Origin: Ginglymostoma cirratum
Lineage: Eukaryota
Assembly: GCA_024137785.1 (NCBI GenBank)
Contig: JAHRHZ010000016.1
Location: 57,365,650-57,429,649, forward strand
Direction: 5' to 3'
DNA length: 64,000 nt
The notes below the pieces were generated by a model, which ran no database searches, was not told the origin of the DNA, and saw only the letters and a program-made list of their open reading frames with translations. The stretch's first letter is position 1, and each line of letters opens with the position of its first letter. This document shows positions 39,481 to 52,962 of this stretch, piece by piece. Both the position numbers and the translations under genes were made by a program.

Positions 39481-40629
39481 AAGCTGCTTGTGCTGTTGTG
39501 ATGTTTGAAACACAGCAGCTAATTTGCTCCCACAGATAAACAATGTGACTATGGACAGACAATCTGATTTAAGGGTTGCCTGAGGAATAAACATTGGCCT
39601 AGATTACTCTGGAGAGCTCCCAGCTCTTCTTTGAACAGTGTGCTGTAATATTTCACATCCACCTGAGAGAACATAGAGATTCTCAGTTTAACAACTCATC
39701 TAAAAGATGACACCTTCCTTTTCCCGATTCCCTCTCCTATTCCATAATTAAGGACCATCTAAACTTTATGCTACCCTCCGGTTCAGTTAAGAACTTGACA
39801 CATTCTGGCTGTTTAATTATCAGTGCAAGTTGTGCAAACAATACTTTGTTGCTGTAGGAAATCAGGCTATTGATAGGAGTTCTGGATTGGGCCTTGGATT
39901 CATTTTCTTTCAAAAATCTGAACAGCCAGTCAAGGGAGCATTTCATGCTGTTACTGAGCTATGGTGACGTGACTGATATTTTACTCCATAAGGATGCCAC
40001 CATAAGTCAAAAAATAATTTTCCACCAGCCACACAATTGAGCAACATCAGGCATGAGTTTCAGTGCTGTTAGGATGTTGGGTATATTGACAGTATGCCCA
40101 AACGATCAGGAAATTGAATCAAACAGCATGTTTTCTTGCTTATTTGTAAGCGATAGCAAAAAGACTGTACTCAAATGGCCCACGCTTGCGAAAAATAACA
40201 GGAACAAAACTTTTACTTTTGGATGTGTTTCACAATTGGGCAGCGCTCACTGAACAATCCCGAATGCAAAATGCTATGTAAGTGCAAACTGTCTTTCCCT
40301 CTTTCTTCCTTCTAAAGTATGTGACCTCTCCTTTCTGAGTTAATTTACCATATGCGTTACCTAGCTTCTCTGAAGTTAGGTATTATCTTCCACAGATTTG
40401 GTGCAATGTGAACTTCTTATTTGGTCACATAGTTAGTCAGGTGATTCCAAACATCATGAAATAATAACATACATAAATTATGAGGGAACAAAATAGCATG
40501 TGTTACAAGTCACTTTAAATATTAAGTTCTGAAATATGACATCACTGTATAGATCTTAATCTTCTATCCTGATTTCCTCACAGCAGGTTATTAATTATCA
40601 TCTAAAAATGATTAGTAAAATTATCTTTA

Positions 40630-40881
<252 letters not shown>

Positions 40882-40892
40882 CTATTAATTTA

Positions 40893-41027
<135 letters not shown>

Positions 41028-41949
41028 TCATCAGTCACAGTCAAGCGTCTGTGCTTTTGGAGAGTTGAACAGCCAGTCTCTGTCATACCCGGGGACGGTA
41101 ATCTGTTCTCAGAGGTCAGCAGAAAGGAGTGCTGAGTCTAATGTCTCCCCACCACTGCCACTTGTCACTTACTGTAAAATCACACTTGCTGCTTGGAAAG
41201 ACAAGACACACAGCCATGCAACGGCTTTGTCCTAGTGAACTCAAAAGACAATTGTCTACTTGAGGAGGGAAAAATAATCACCTGGTCCTGGCATTATCTT
41301 TGAAGTGGTTGTTTTTATTTAACATGCTTTTGCACTGGTACTGCTGCAAGCCTGTCTGAACAGCTGGACAGAAGTAAATAAATGTACCAGCTGTTCAATC
41401 CTCAACCTCAACACTTTGCAATCTGTACTTGTAATAGATTGCAAATATAATTTACACCCAACCCATTATACTAATGCACTGCTGCTCATAGAGGCATCAT
41501 TAGCATTACCATGAAGGTCGTGCCTTCTCAACCTTCACACTTGCCTGAGGCACGGTGACCCTCAAGTTAAACTCACCACCAGTCGTCTCTCTCTAATGGG
41601 GGAGCAGTCCTACAGTGCTCTGGATAAAGCGGAGTTCTATATTGTTTAAGAACTGCAACGTGTGTACAGTGATTAAAATGATATGAGAGAAGGGGAGACA
41701 AAGCTCTTGGAAATCACCATTATTTATATATGCTCTATTATCTACGAAGGTGAGTGGGGGTAAGTTCAAAGGAGAAGTGAGGGGCAAGTTTTTTTTTACA
41801 CAGAGAGTGGTAGGTGTGTGGAACTGGCTGCCTGCAGTGGCGGTGGAGGCAGACACGATAGGGGCAATTAAGGGACGTTTAGATAAGCGCATGAATATGC
41901 AAGGAATGGAAAGATATGGACCAAGGGCAGGCAGATGAGATTTATTTAA

Positions 41950-42830
41950 GTCAATAAATGTGGAAAAGCACAGCAGTTCAGATAACAGGAGCAGGGAAGT
42001 CAACGTTTTGGGCTGAAACCCTTCATCCGGGCTGGGCAGGAGTAGAGGAGCCCAGAGATAAATGGGAGAGGGGGTGGGTGGGTGAGATGGAGATAGGTAG
42101 AAACAGGTGGGGGATATTGTGGTTGGTCAGTGGGAAGGGTGGAGTGGATAGGTGAGTAGGAACATGGACAGGTTGGGGAAGGAGAAATTTTGAAGCTGGT
42201 GAAGTCAATATTCAGGCCATTGGGCTGTAAGCTCCCAAGGTGAAATATGAGGTGTTGTTCCTCTAGTTTACGTCTGGCCTCACTCAGTGGGGGAGGCCAG
42301 GGATCGGCATGTCACCAGGGGGAGTTAAAGTAGATGGCAACCGGAAAGTCAGGTTGGTTGGTATGTGCACAGCAGAGATGCTCCGCAAACTGGTCCCTGA
42401 ATCTGCATTCGGTCTCCCTGATATAGAGGGGACCACACCCGGAGCAATGGATACAACAGATCAGGTTTAGTTGAAGTGCAGGTGAATCTCTGCCGGATCT
42501 GAAAGGATTGTTTGGGGCTTTGGACGAAGGTGAGATGGGGGGTGAGGGGGGGAATGTAGGGGCAGGTGTAGTACCTCCTGAGGTTGCAGGGAAGGTTACC
42601 AGGTGTGGTGGAGAAGTTGGTGGGGAGTGTGAAGCTGATGAGGGAGTCACGGAGTGAACAGTCCCTGCAGAAAGCAGACTGGGGTGTGCAGCGAAAAATC
42701 TTTTTGGTGGTGGGGTCTGATTGTAGGTGGCGGAATTGTCGCAGGATGATTTGTTGCATTTGGAGGTTGGTGGGATGGTATGTGAGGACTGAGGGGACTG
42801 TATCCTTATTGTTGTTGGGGGGAGAGGCAT
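41950..42830 (-). mobile_element. Penelope-like retroelement 3' fragment (GIY-YIG endonuclease plus hammerhead-bearing terminal repeat)
   Basis: Frameshifted FQIRQRFTCTS / LICCIHCSGCGPLYIRETECRFRDQFAEHL...PVAIYFNSP (YIGET-type GIY-YIG). The terminus reads ccggatgaagggtttcagcccaaaacgttgacttccctgctcc on the minus strand. Confidence 0.85.
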
Positions 42831-44113
42831 CATGTTCAGCCCAACATCGTGGGCCGATGGGCCCATTCCTGTGCTGTACATTTCTATGTTATGGGTTTTC
42901 ATTATTCATTCAACACTACTATTAATACATATGCTCTAACAGACACACACTACGCATAAAACAGCTACCCGGTTTGTTAATATCCTCTCTGGAAGGAAAT
43001 TTATCCTTGCTACTCTGCCTGGCCTACATTTGACTCCAGACTCTTAGCAACGCAGCTGACTCTTATTTTCCCTCTGAAATGATGTTATAAGTTACTGAGT
43101 CGTACTAAAGTAAAACAGTTATGATTCATGAAGCTGGATCTACACAATTACTTCAGGGCAATTAGGGACAGGCAATGAATGGTGCACTGACACCCACATC
43201 CCATAAAGAATAATCATCAATGGCATGACTATATGCCCCACTTTATTAATATGTGTATCAGCATTATCAATATATATGTCTCACTATCAAAATAATGCAC
43301 CATTGTTATTAGCATATGCCCAAATATTATTGGTATACATGCCACTATTATTGAGGTCATCCAGCCTTTAAAAGCCAAACAACACTCCTAATCTCCCTAT
43401 GCTTCCCTTGCAAAACAGCTAGTCTCCAACTGTGGCTGTAAATAGGCAGACGGAAGGACCAACTCGGACTGAACTGAAAAAAACCTTGCATCTGTTGCAG
43501 CCTTGAGCTCCAAAACATGTTAGTCTTGGCAAGTACTGCATTGATACCACTTCATCAAGATGGAAATAGCACTCAATATCCCACTGCTTTCAATAAGCAC
43601 TGTTCCTTCAGTAGGCTCCTGCTACTCTATTGAACACAGTGCTATGGCGTTCAGATTAATTCCAGTTACAGGAGAAATTAATGACCCTAAGTGAACTTAT
43701 CTAAAGGGAAGGATCTAGGATGGAACTGATGAAGTGATTTTAAGCAATGGCTTAAATCATTATCAGATCCGTAGATTTCAAGGCAGAGAAAGCTATGCAT
43801 AAAGATCACTGAGCAAAACTTGAACTGTATCCAGTTTTGGCTGAAGGAAAGATTAAAACCCGTCCCATAAGTTTAGAAATATGGGCCTCTGCACAAAACA
43901 TCTTCATGCCATTTCTCCAAGATTTCTGTAACCCTTCTGTCAAAGAGACAACAGATAAAGGAACGGGAGTTCCCCACCACACTTCTGCTTAAACTGGCTT
44001 GAGGCTATGACATAATTAAGAGGTAAGACTCCAGTTAACTGAGGAAGTTTAGTAGGAGAGTTAATGTTTCAGAGTTATGTGTTAACAATAAAGTCACATG
44101 AGTCAAAACATAC

Positions 44114-44241
44114 GTGTCATCAAAAGTTAATTTCGGTCTTCTTGACTCTGAATGACCATTGGATACTAACGTCCAGGGGTCCATTTGTGACTGGCCGTTT
44201 TCATGGCTAATGTTAGATGGGTTCGGATGTGATTCAACCTC
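44114..44241 (-). CDS. AFF2: AFF2 coding exon
   Basis: ttattgcag|GAG, EVESHPNPSNISHENGQSQMDPWTLVSNGHSESRRPKLTFDD, AC|GTATGT. 128 nt, phase 0 to 2. RRPKLTFDD motif. Confidence 0.93.
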
Positions 44242-44413
44242 CTGCAATAAAGAGTTGGTTGTTAGTGTAAGAAGCATGAAATCCCTTTTAACAACAAGCT
44301 CAGGTCTCGTGATATCTGTACCTGTCTGTCACCATCCTCCGTGAGACAGTGATATTTTCACTGATACTAATATTATTACTGCTGCTAACGATTAAACAGA
44401 GGGATCAGACAAA

Positions 44414-44630
44414 GATAAACAGAAACTTCTGGAAATTTCGACAGGTCTGGCAGCAGTGTGAAGTGAGAAACAGAGTTAACGTTCCGAACTGAAGTTGATG
44501 CTTCCTCTTTGGAACTCGAATCGTTAACTTTCCCCGTGGATGATGCTGCCAGATCTGCTGAGTTGCTCCAGTGCTTTCTATTTGTATTTCAGATCTCCAA
44601 CATCCACCAGATCTTGCTTCTCGTTTTAGG
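44414..44630. mobile_element. Palindromic Penelope-derived element with 9-bp TSD
   Basis: tcagacaaa at 44405-44413 and 44631-44639; inverted arms caggtctggcagca/tgctgccagatctg. Confidence 0.7.
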
Positions 44631-44750
44631 TCAGACAAATTACTGACTCACTTTCTCAATGTCTGACCGTTGAATGGAGGAACTATTACTCTTCACTCTG
44701 TTTGTCTAAGGGCTGTCACTTTAAGATCCCGATCATGCGACACAATAATG

Positions 44751-44842
44751 TCCTGATGAAGGGTGTAAACCCGAAATGTTGAATTTCCTGCCCCTCTGAT
44801 GCTGCCTGACCTGCTGGGTTCCTCCCGCTCCACACTGTATTG
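44751..44842 (+). ncRNA. Minimal hammerhead-ribozyme-like motif heading a short Penelope-derived element
   Basis: CTGATGA (44753-44759)-A-GGGT-GTAA-ACCC-GAAA-TGTT; stem II is closed by a GNRA loop. Possible TSD acaataatg/acaatgatg. Confidence 0.65.
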
Positions 44843-47800
44843 ACAATGATGACATCATTGGCCAGTTTGAGCAGGCAAACAGCTCTCCCTAACCTTTTGC
44901 CTGTAGAATGAACACCTCCATTTTAAAGCTCCTGCTGTTTCAGGCTGCCGACTCCTGATCCTTCTTGGAACTTAACACCAATTCCTAGCCGAATTGAGTC
45001 CATGTCATACAATGGGCTGTCATATTTATTGATCTGTTGTGGTAAGTAACTCCCACCCAAAGACAGTTTCAGTTTGCCATCAAGTATCGAGCATTCATCA
45101 GGTCAATACTGTGCGAAGCAGTGAAAACACAAGGGAGTGACAGAGGTGAGGAAGGGCTGGAAAGCTCAGTGAGTTCAGACAGATCTTTATTTGTAAGTGT
45201 TACTCATATAATCCTATGAATGATCAGGGTGGGAAATGGTCTGTTTGGTTTGGAATTACAGAGGATAAAATTTAACTCTGGTGGAGGCTCAAAACCTGAT
45301 GGTGGTGAGGCGCAGTGGAGAATATTACATCAAAATGTTGTGTGTCGATCATGGCTTTTCTCCTTCAGTGGCTTCATGACAGTTACTTCAGAGAACCAGG
45401 GTAGGCAGAATGTTTAATAGTGTATCTAAGACAGCACCGTATCTGGCCTGAGAGGTCAAAGACATCACTCTGTATGTGAGCCACAATTAACCAAGTGTGG
45501 CCAATGTTCAACAGGTACAACACAATCTAGGTCTAAGAGGGTATTACAAGGCAAGTGAAGGTTTCTGCAGAGGCAAACTTGCCCAGAGGGCAGGCAAGGC
45601 TTCAAGCACTCTAGGAATGATATAGTACAGTAGGATACCTGGCTAAGAGCACCTTGATTCAGTTCCTCTCTCTTCCTGCCAACCTGTCAAAGATATTAAC
45701 TTCTGTATTAGAATTATGAAACAATACTGTGTAGACACAGATTAAAATATTCCACTGATGTAGATTTAGTACAACTTTCTATTTTCTTTTAGTCATTCAG
45801 TGTTAGTTGCTGAATTGAAAAGGACAAAAATGGGGAATTTGCATGGCTGCAAGTGAAGAGGGGTGTGGGATATAATCCAACAGCTCTTCGAAAGAGCGAG
45901 TACAGGCTTGCGAGACTGAATTCAACCATCACTAATGGCATTTAGTATTGTTGAAGCTCCCACTATGAACATCCTGGGGATTACCATTGATGAGAAACTG
46001 CCTAGACATATAAATACAGTGGCTACAAGAGCTGGTCAGAGGCTGGGAATTCTGCAGTAAATGAACTCCTGATTCCTGAAGGCCTGTCGGCCATTGACAA
46101 GGCACAAGTCAGGAGTGTAACAGAACTTTTCTCCACTTGCCTTGAAGGTGCAGCTCCAACAACACTCAAGAAGGATAAAGCAGTCCACTTGACTTTTATC
46201 CCATCAAAACAGATCTCACCAAATGCTGGCTCAGCCAGTGATACCCACACCTGTATGATATATAATTGTTTGGTGTTTCCTTCTATTTAGCTCTGAAGGA
46301 CTCTGCACCCAGTGTGATCTGTGCTGTATCTCTCAAATCAAGGTCAGTCACACAATTGATCATTTAAATTATACAAAGGCTCATTGAAATTGATAGTTAT
46401 TAAAATGATGTATGAGTTTCAAGCAACGTCAGCAAATAAGGGAAGCAGATTTTCACACCACACCTCTTGAACAGTTGGGGACAGCACTGAAGGGAGCACG
46501 TTTCAGTTAAAAAAGAGATAACGCTGCAGTGTAATTTTCCCAATTAGCATTGTCCTTTGAGTGCAGGATTGAAGTGTTGGGATTTGAAGGTTCACTCAAT
46601 CAACCTTTAAAAGCACATCATACAAGCAGTAAAAGTCATTTCATCCTTGAAAGTTCTCTTTCAGTTTAGTGGTGACTTGGACCCATTTATTGCAAAAGAA
46701 AACAATCAATGATTCCATTAAAATGGTGAAGATTGGGCTTTCAGGTGTGCGTTTGTTCACTGGAATCCCACCATATTACTGCTACATCCATGAACAAACA
46801 AATGTTCTTTTGCCAACATTTCTTTTGCAATTCTAAATATTTTCACCAGAAAATATCACCTTGTGGCAAAAAAGCAGCAAAATTAAATTACTGCAAACAA
46901 AAACCCAACAAAATTTTTAGGAAATGTTGAAAAAAAAGAGCATTATACCATCTGAAAATGAACAGCCTTATCTCATCTGTGAAGAGACTGAGCAGGCCAG
47001 GGCTATTATGATAATAGCTGAGACTTAACTGAGCTGTTACTATAGCAACAGAATCAATTCAGGTTATGTCCAAAGATGCTAGCAGAAACTGTGTAGTGCA
47101 GCCTTACTAATAGTGATATGTATGAATAGTTCAAAGGTATAATCTTAATATGAAGGATTCTGTGTGAAGGTGCCACACAATTTACCAGAAACATAGCTAC
47201 GTTCTCTTTAATCAAATCAGGCTGTGCTTCATGTTAGGCTTTCAAACAGGAAACAGCACCATCATCCCTTTTTATTTTAAGCGTTTCAGCATGAATTTAT
47301 TCAACGCATAAAAAACATTTATTCCACTTGGTTACGAGTGTGTTAAGCCAGCTACTGGGAGCTGGCCATTTAACAAAATAACACTTGAGTTATACAGAAT
47401 CTAAAATGAGAAAAAAAAACACAGATGGTTTTAGCTCTAGGCACTTTACTGTTAAATCTTACGCAATGAATTTCTGCATTTGTATAGCACCTTTCAGAAC
47501 AGCTTAAAGCACTTTGAAGCCGATGAAGTACATTCGAGTGGTGTCACTGCTCTGATACAGTAATTGTGCCAATTCACTCACAGCAAGGCCCTCAGATAGC
47601 AATGTGATAATGACATGATAACGTGATTGTCAGTGATGCTGGTTGAGGGAAAATTATCGGTCAGACGACTGGGGAATAATTCTCATCTACTTTTTCAGAA
47701 TAATGGTACAGAAGCATTTATATCCATCCAAGACGACTAACAGAGCCTTGATTTTATTCTTTGTATTATCACTGGACTGATAATCCACAGACCCACCTAA

Positions 47801-48500
47801 TGTTCTGGGGAGCTGGATTCAAGTCCTGCCATGGTAGATGATGGACTTTAAATTCAACAAACAAAAAAATCTGGAATTAAGAGTCTAATGATAACAGTGA
47901 CTCCACTGAGAATTGTCAGAAAAACCCATCTGGTTCACTAGTATCCTTTAGGGAAGGAAACTGCCATCCTTACCTAGTCTGGCCTACATGTGAGTCCAGA
48001 CCCACATCAATGTGGTGACTCTTAACTGCCCTCTGGGCAATTAGGGATGGGCAATAAATGCTGCCTGGTCAGCGATGCCCTCATCCCGTGAATGAATTTA
48101 AAAAGAATGCTGACATTATATCATTACGGTGTGATCTTTCAGCTAGTAGATAAAGCAATATTGTGTTTAAAATGAGAGACATGTTCTAACTTAACAATAA
48201 AAAAGCCCAATAAACTATAGTTGCTGGAAATCAGAAGTAAAATCAGGAATCACTGCAAAAACGTCTCATTCAAAAAAAACGGCACCTCTGACAAGACAGG
48301 CCTCTCTCAATAGTGCATTGGGAGCATACATTCAGGTATCTGGGGTGAGACCCAAGGCAGTCCCCTTCAGACACAGAGATAAGGAAGGGCTGGCCCACAG
48401 AGGACATGAGCCTGCAGTATTTTCTTCACATATGGATTTGCTCTGTATTTTCCACCATTGCTCATCTCCAGGTAAGAAAGAATTAACAGCAGTAACTCAC

Positions 48501-48717
48501 AATGGGGTTTTTTACATAGGAAGAGGACTTGCTGTCAGCTTTCCGGTGCTTGTATTGTGCGGACGACTGTGAGGCACTGGCTGATACGGTGTTGCTGTTG
48601 TTTTCCTGGCTCAGGGGGTTACTCTCACTGTTCCATCGCTTGGGTTCAGGCTCATCTGGCAAGGGTGACAGTGGAGGTGGGAACTTCCTCTCCCTCTTTG
48701 TTAACTGCTTCGATAGC
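48501..48717 (-). CDS. AFF2: AFF2 coding exon
   Basis: tctctgtag|G, LSKQLTKRERKFPPPLSPLPDEPEPKRWNSE...YVKNPI, ATT|GTGAGT. 217 nt, phase 2 to 0. FPPPLSPLP matches AFF2. Confidence 0.92.
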
Positions 48718-49589
48718 CTACAGAGAAGGAAGACCGAATATTTGAGGGTCTGATAAATATTGGGATAAGTCGTACAAACACAGAATGGTTCATTAGTTCA
48801 TCAAGAAAAAGAATGAATGCTCGAGGATAGGATAAATATTGGGATAAGTTATACAAACACAGAATGTTTCATTAACACAAAAAGCCACTTGACCATCAAG
48901 TGAATCCTTTTCCATCTTCTAGGCTCATCTCATTCTTCGATTCACTCCCTGTATCTTTTAACATTCTTCCTGGAGGCAAGACACTTGTTACAACATTGAT
49001 TTTGAACAGCCAATATTGAGAGGAATCTTTGCAATGGAAAGACTACAAAAATAATTCAGTCCTCAAATACTTCCCAATTACACTGATGCAGTTGTAAATG
49101 AAAGCAAAATACTGCAGATGCTGGAAATCTAAAATATAAAAACAACAGGACTCTGAAGAAGTCACATACAACTCTTCAACATTAACTTCAATTCCCAATC
49201 ATAAAAAAAATGTTAGAAAGTAGAAGCAGGAGAAGACCATTCAGCCCTTCAAGCCTGCTCTATAATTCAATGTGTTCATGGCTGATACCCAGCTCAGTCA
49301 CTGTTCCCAGTTTCTACCCATAACTTTTGATCACGGCTTCAAGAATTATATCCAACTCTACGAAAACATTCAATGTTTTGACCTCAGCCACGTTGAGGCA
49401 TAGAATACCACAGGCTCAACAATATCTGGATGAAGAAATTTCTCCTCATCTCAGTCCCAATTAGCTTACCCCCTACCCTTAGACAAGAGTCCCCCGGGCT
49501 CTGGACACCCCAGTCATTGGGAACAGATGTTCCCAGACTTGTCACATTTTCCAGACAATTTCTGCTCCTTATTTAAACTATTTTTTTCT

Positions 49590-49708
49590 AATCAACCTGG
49601 TTCAGAGATGTTGTTACACACCTCTGCAGCAGATGGGACTTGAACCTGGGCCTCCTGGTCCTGGTCCGGGGAAGGGACACTACCACTGCGCCACAAGAGG
49701 GCCCCTAA
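49590..49708 (-). mobile_element. Short tRNA-derived SINE
   Basis: GTGGCGCAGTGGTAG (A box) ... GGTTCAAGTCCC (B box). A second copy at 57536-57662 has a 16-bp TSD attcctgYttatatct. Confidence 0.7.
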
Positions 49709-50273
49709 TGACAGAAATGTGGATCATTGTCAGCAGGATTTGAATCTATGGCGGGGTAACTCCAATGGATTTCTAATCCATCGTCTTGGCCCTTCGTGCA
49801 CAATTGCATTTCCTGTTTTCAGTTCATTCAGACATAGATTGCTGACGATTTTCATTAATATTTGTCATGAACAGCAACTTTCAATACCATTCCTCAATTT
49901 ACTATGATTGCTACAAAAATCGGATTGGAATATCAAAGTCGCCTCCTGTTCCTCACCTCTCTGTGGCAGCAAATCTCACATTTTCATCACTGCTGGGATA
50001 GAGGTTTCTCCTAATTCCTGACTGGGTTGATTAGTGACTAATGCTATATTCATAAACCCTAATCCTGAGCAAAGACAAACGTCTGTGTCAACACTCTCAA
50101 GCCTTTGCATAACTTCAAAGATCTTTACTATCTCTAAGTATTTTATCGAACGAGATATTATTTAAAATGGGAGAACAAAAACAAATTTCCAGAGAATAAA
50201 ATCCCCTTTACAAGTTACAATGTTAAATTTATTGAAATGAAAGTCAAAAGTGATGAAGTCGGAAGGTACTTAC

Positions 50274-50398
50274 TCTTTGCTGCTCAGAATCTTGTGACTG
50301 GAAGGAACAGGGCAGCTGACAGGTATAAGTGTCGGGGCAGTTATCTCCCTTTCTACACGCTGTTTCTTGCTATCGCAGAGAGCTTCTGTATTTTCCAC
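50274..50398 (-). CDS. AFF2: AFF2 coding exon
   Basis: gagcag|GTG, VENTEALCDSKKQRVEREITAPTLIPVSCPVPSSHKILSSK, GA|GTAAGT. 125 nt, phase 0 to 2. KKQR motif as in AFF2 EKKQRLE. Confidence 0.9.
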
Positions 50399-50633
50399 CT
50401 GCTCAAAGAAAGACAGTAATTGATTGTGAAGGACAGTGAATACAATGTGCAGAGAGATCAGGAGGCGATATTGTCCCGTGTTATGGTGCTGCAAAGTACC
50501 GTGGAAATCGATGGATGTTTTTCATGGACCCGACGAGCAGTGAAAACTGCACAGTGCATTTCGTTAACTTTAGGCCACCATACCCACACGTGCCAGCACA
50601 GAAAGTCTTAGAGCAAGGGATCATAAAGGATTC

Positions 50634-50768
50634 TGTTCTGAAGGAGGGTCACCAGTCCCGAAACGTTAACTCTGACATTTTCTTCACAAACGCTGCCAGA
50701 CCTGCTGGGCCTTTCCAGCAACTTCTGTTTTTGTTCCTCATTTACAGCATCGTGTTTCTTTTGGCTTT
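50634..50768 (+). mobile_element. 135-bp hammerhead-headed non-autonomous element with 11-bp TSD
   Basis: TSD ataaaggattc at 50623-50633 and 50769-50779. CTGAAGG-A-GGGTC-acca-GTCCC-GAAACGTT-aac. Confidence 0.78.
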
Positions 50769-50813
50769 ATAAAGGATTCATGTTTGACAGATCATGCGGT
50801 TCTAATTCTCTAT

Positions 50814-51158
50814 TCATAGAGTTCCTACAGTGTGGAAGCAGGCCACTCGGCCCATCAATTCCACACCAACTCTCTGAAGAGCATCACACCCAGAGCCACT
50901 CCCCTACCCTGTCCCTGTAACCCTGCATTTCCCACGACTAATCTACCCAGCCTGCACATCCCTGGACACTATGGGCAATTTAACATGGCCAATCCACCTA
51001 GCCTGCACATCTTTGGACTGTGGGAGCAAACCGGAGCACCCGGAGGAAACCCACGCAGACACAAGGAGAACGTGAAAACTCCACACAGACAGTCACCCGA
51101 GGGCTGGAATTGAACCCGGGTGAGGCAGCAGCGCTAACCACTGAGCCACCATGCGGCC
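50814..51158 (-). mobile_element. HE1-type V-SINE
   Basis: ccggagcacccggaggaaacccacgcagacac V-domain plus tRNA-like head. Confidence 0.9.
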
Positions 51159-52962
51159 CTTGTTTGGTGGGAACCACCTATTACAAGAAATAAGTTTGGA
51201 TTTTCTGAATACAGCAGGCTGACCAGGTTGGGGAGTAAGTCTTTAAACCAACGTAGGGCCTTCCATTAATGGACATCCGAAATTTAATCATCACTTTAAA
51301 CATTTCATAGAAATTTAACAAGTTTGGGCAGGAGCTGCCTACTGGCTGAATTGATACCTCTTTCTATCTCAGGAAGATCACATTGCCTAGTGTCGTCTGT
51401 AGCTTGCTTCAAATTATCTTGCTTGCTCGTTAGCCATAATCTTTACAATTTCTTCTCTTAAAGGTCTCTCTGATAGCCTTTCTAAAGATATATAATTGGA
51501 GTTACAGGGGTATTAGCAGACCAAGGATTAGCAGACTGGGCAGAAGAAACAGCCCCTACACCAGAACCAAGCTGGCTCGTCCACTGTTGGGTCTCATTTA
51601 CATTAGACTGTCAAACTGCAAATATATCCTGCATTGTCACTGGTGAAGAGGCCATGAATTAATGATCTAATAAAGGAAGACAATGGTGAGTGGAAAAAGT
51701 CTTCAGGACTCTTGAGGAGGCAGGTGGAATAGAATTCACACACAGAAGTTTTTTTTTTTAGGGAGTCCACCTATTTGGAAATAAGAAATAAGACCAGGTT
51801 TGGGATTAAGTCTTGAAACTGACACAAGGCCTTTCTCTAATAGACACCCAAAACTTAATCATTGTATTAAATGTCTTAAAAGAATTTAACAAGTTTGGAC
51901 AGGAACTGCCTAGAGAAAAAAAAACAATCTCAATTATTACCACTAAAATAGAGGAAACCTAAATTAGGAGTAAGCTGCTTCTGGGAGACAGAGAAAAAAA
52001 ATATACTTTTCCTTTTCGTTTTCCTGACTGGAAAAATCTCATTTCCACTGCTGAGAATAGACTGGCTGAGATTATTTATGCTTATTTAATAACTGTTCAC
52101 TCGCAGCTGGATAGGAACTGGAAGAAGCCATTCGGCCATTTCGTCCAGTGCTGTCACTCAGTGGGTGATCTGCTTCTCAACTCTTTGCTCTGTATCCTTT
52201 GTAACTTCTGTCTCTCCAGGTCCCACGTGGGCATCACAGGCAAGACCAGCATGAAGGGCCATTGAGAAGGTTGTGGGGAGCTGTTTTCTTGAATACAAGT
52301 TGAGCAGCCAGTTGGGCCATTTCAATGAAATTGTTGTGGGTTTGGAGTCACATGTGGGCCTTAGAGGATGGGGAAAGCAGGATGCCATCTCTAAGGGACA
52401 TTAGTGGATCGGACGGGCTGTTAACACACAGACGAATGAGGTAGTGGAGTAGGCCCTTCCAGCCTGCTTGCCTTTCCAAATGTTTCCTCATCTCTGCTTT
52501 TAATAGGTGAGCCCTTATTTTTAAACGATGACCCCCTAGTTCTCACTATTACTGATTCTTTCTTCAAAACAAAAAGCTCCAGATGTTATTTTGTTCAGTG
52601 AATTTAAGTTCCCCGGATGCTATGTTAAGATTCAAATGCATGGACTTTTCAAATTTCAATTCTAATGCTGTTCTTGCTCCTGTACACCTACCATGCAGCT
52701 GTAACCCTGTATTCCTTACTCTGTCTAAACGCCCGATGATCGATATGTCCTTGTATGTTATGATCTGCCTGTACTGCTCACAAAACAAAACTTTTCACTG
52801 CGCTTAGGAGCATGTGACAATAATAAATCAAATCATGTCTTCCCGATAATGACACCAGGTCTCTGATTACTGGTCCATTAACATACTCATTATCTCTACA
52901 GTGTTTGAGAACTTTCACTGTCAAATTTCCTTGTGTCTGCCCTTTCGAGAAAGGTCACTAAC

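Noticed and set aside
49620-49700. tRNA gene
   Set aside because: A and B boxes are present but there is no cloverleaf. It continues into a tail shared with a TSD-flanked copy at 57536-57662, so it is a SINE.
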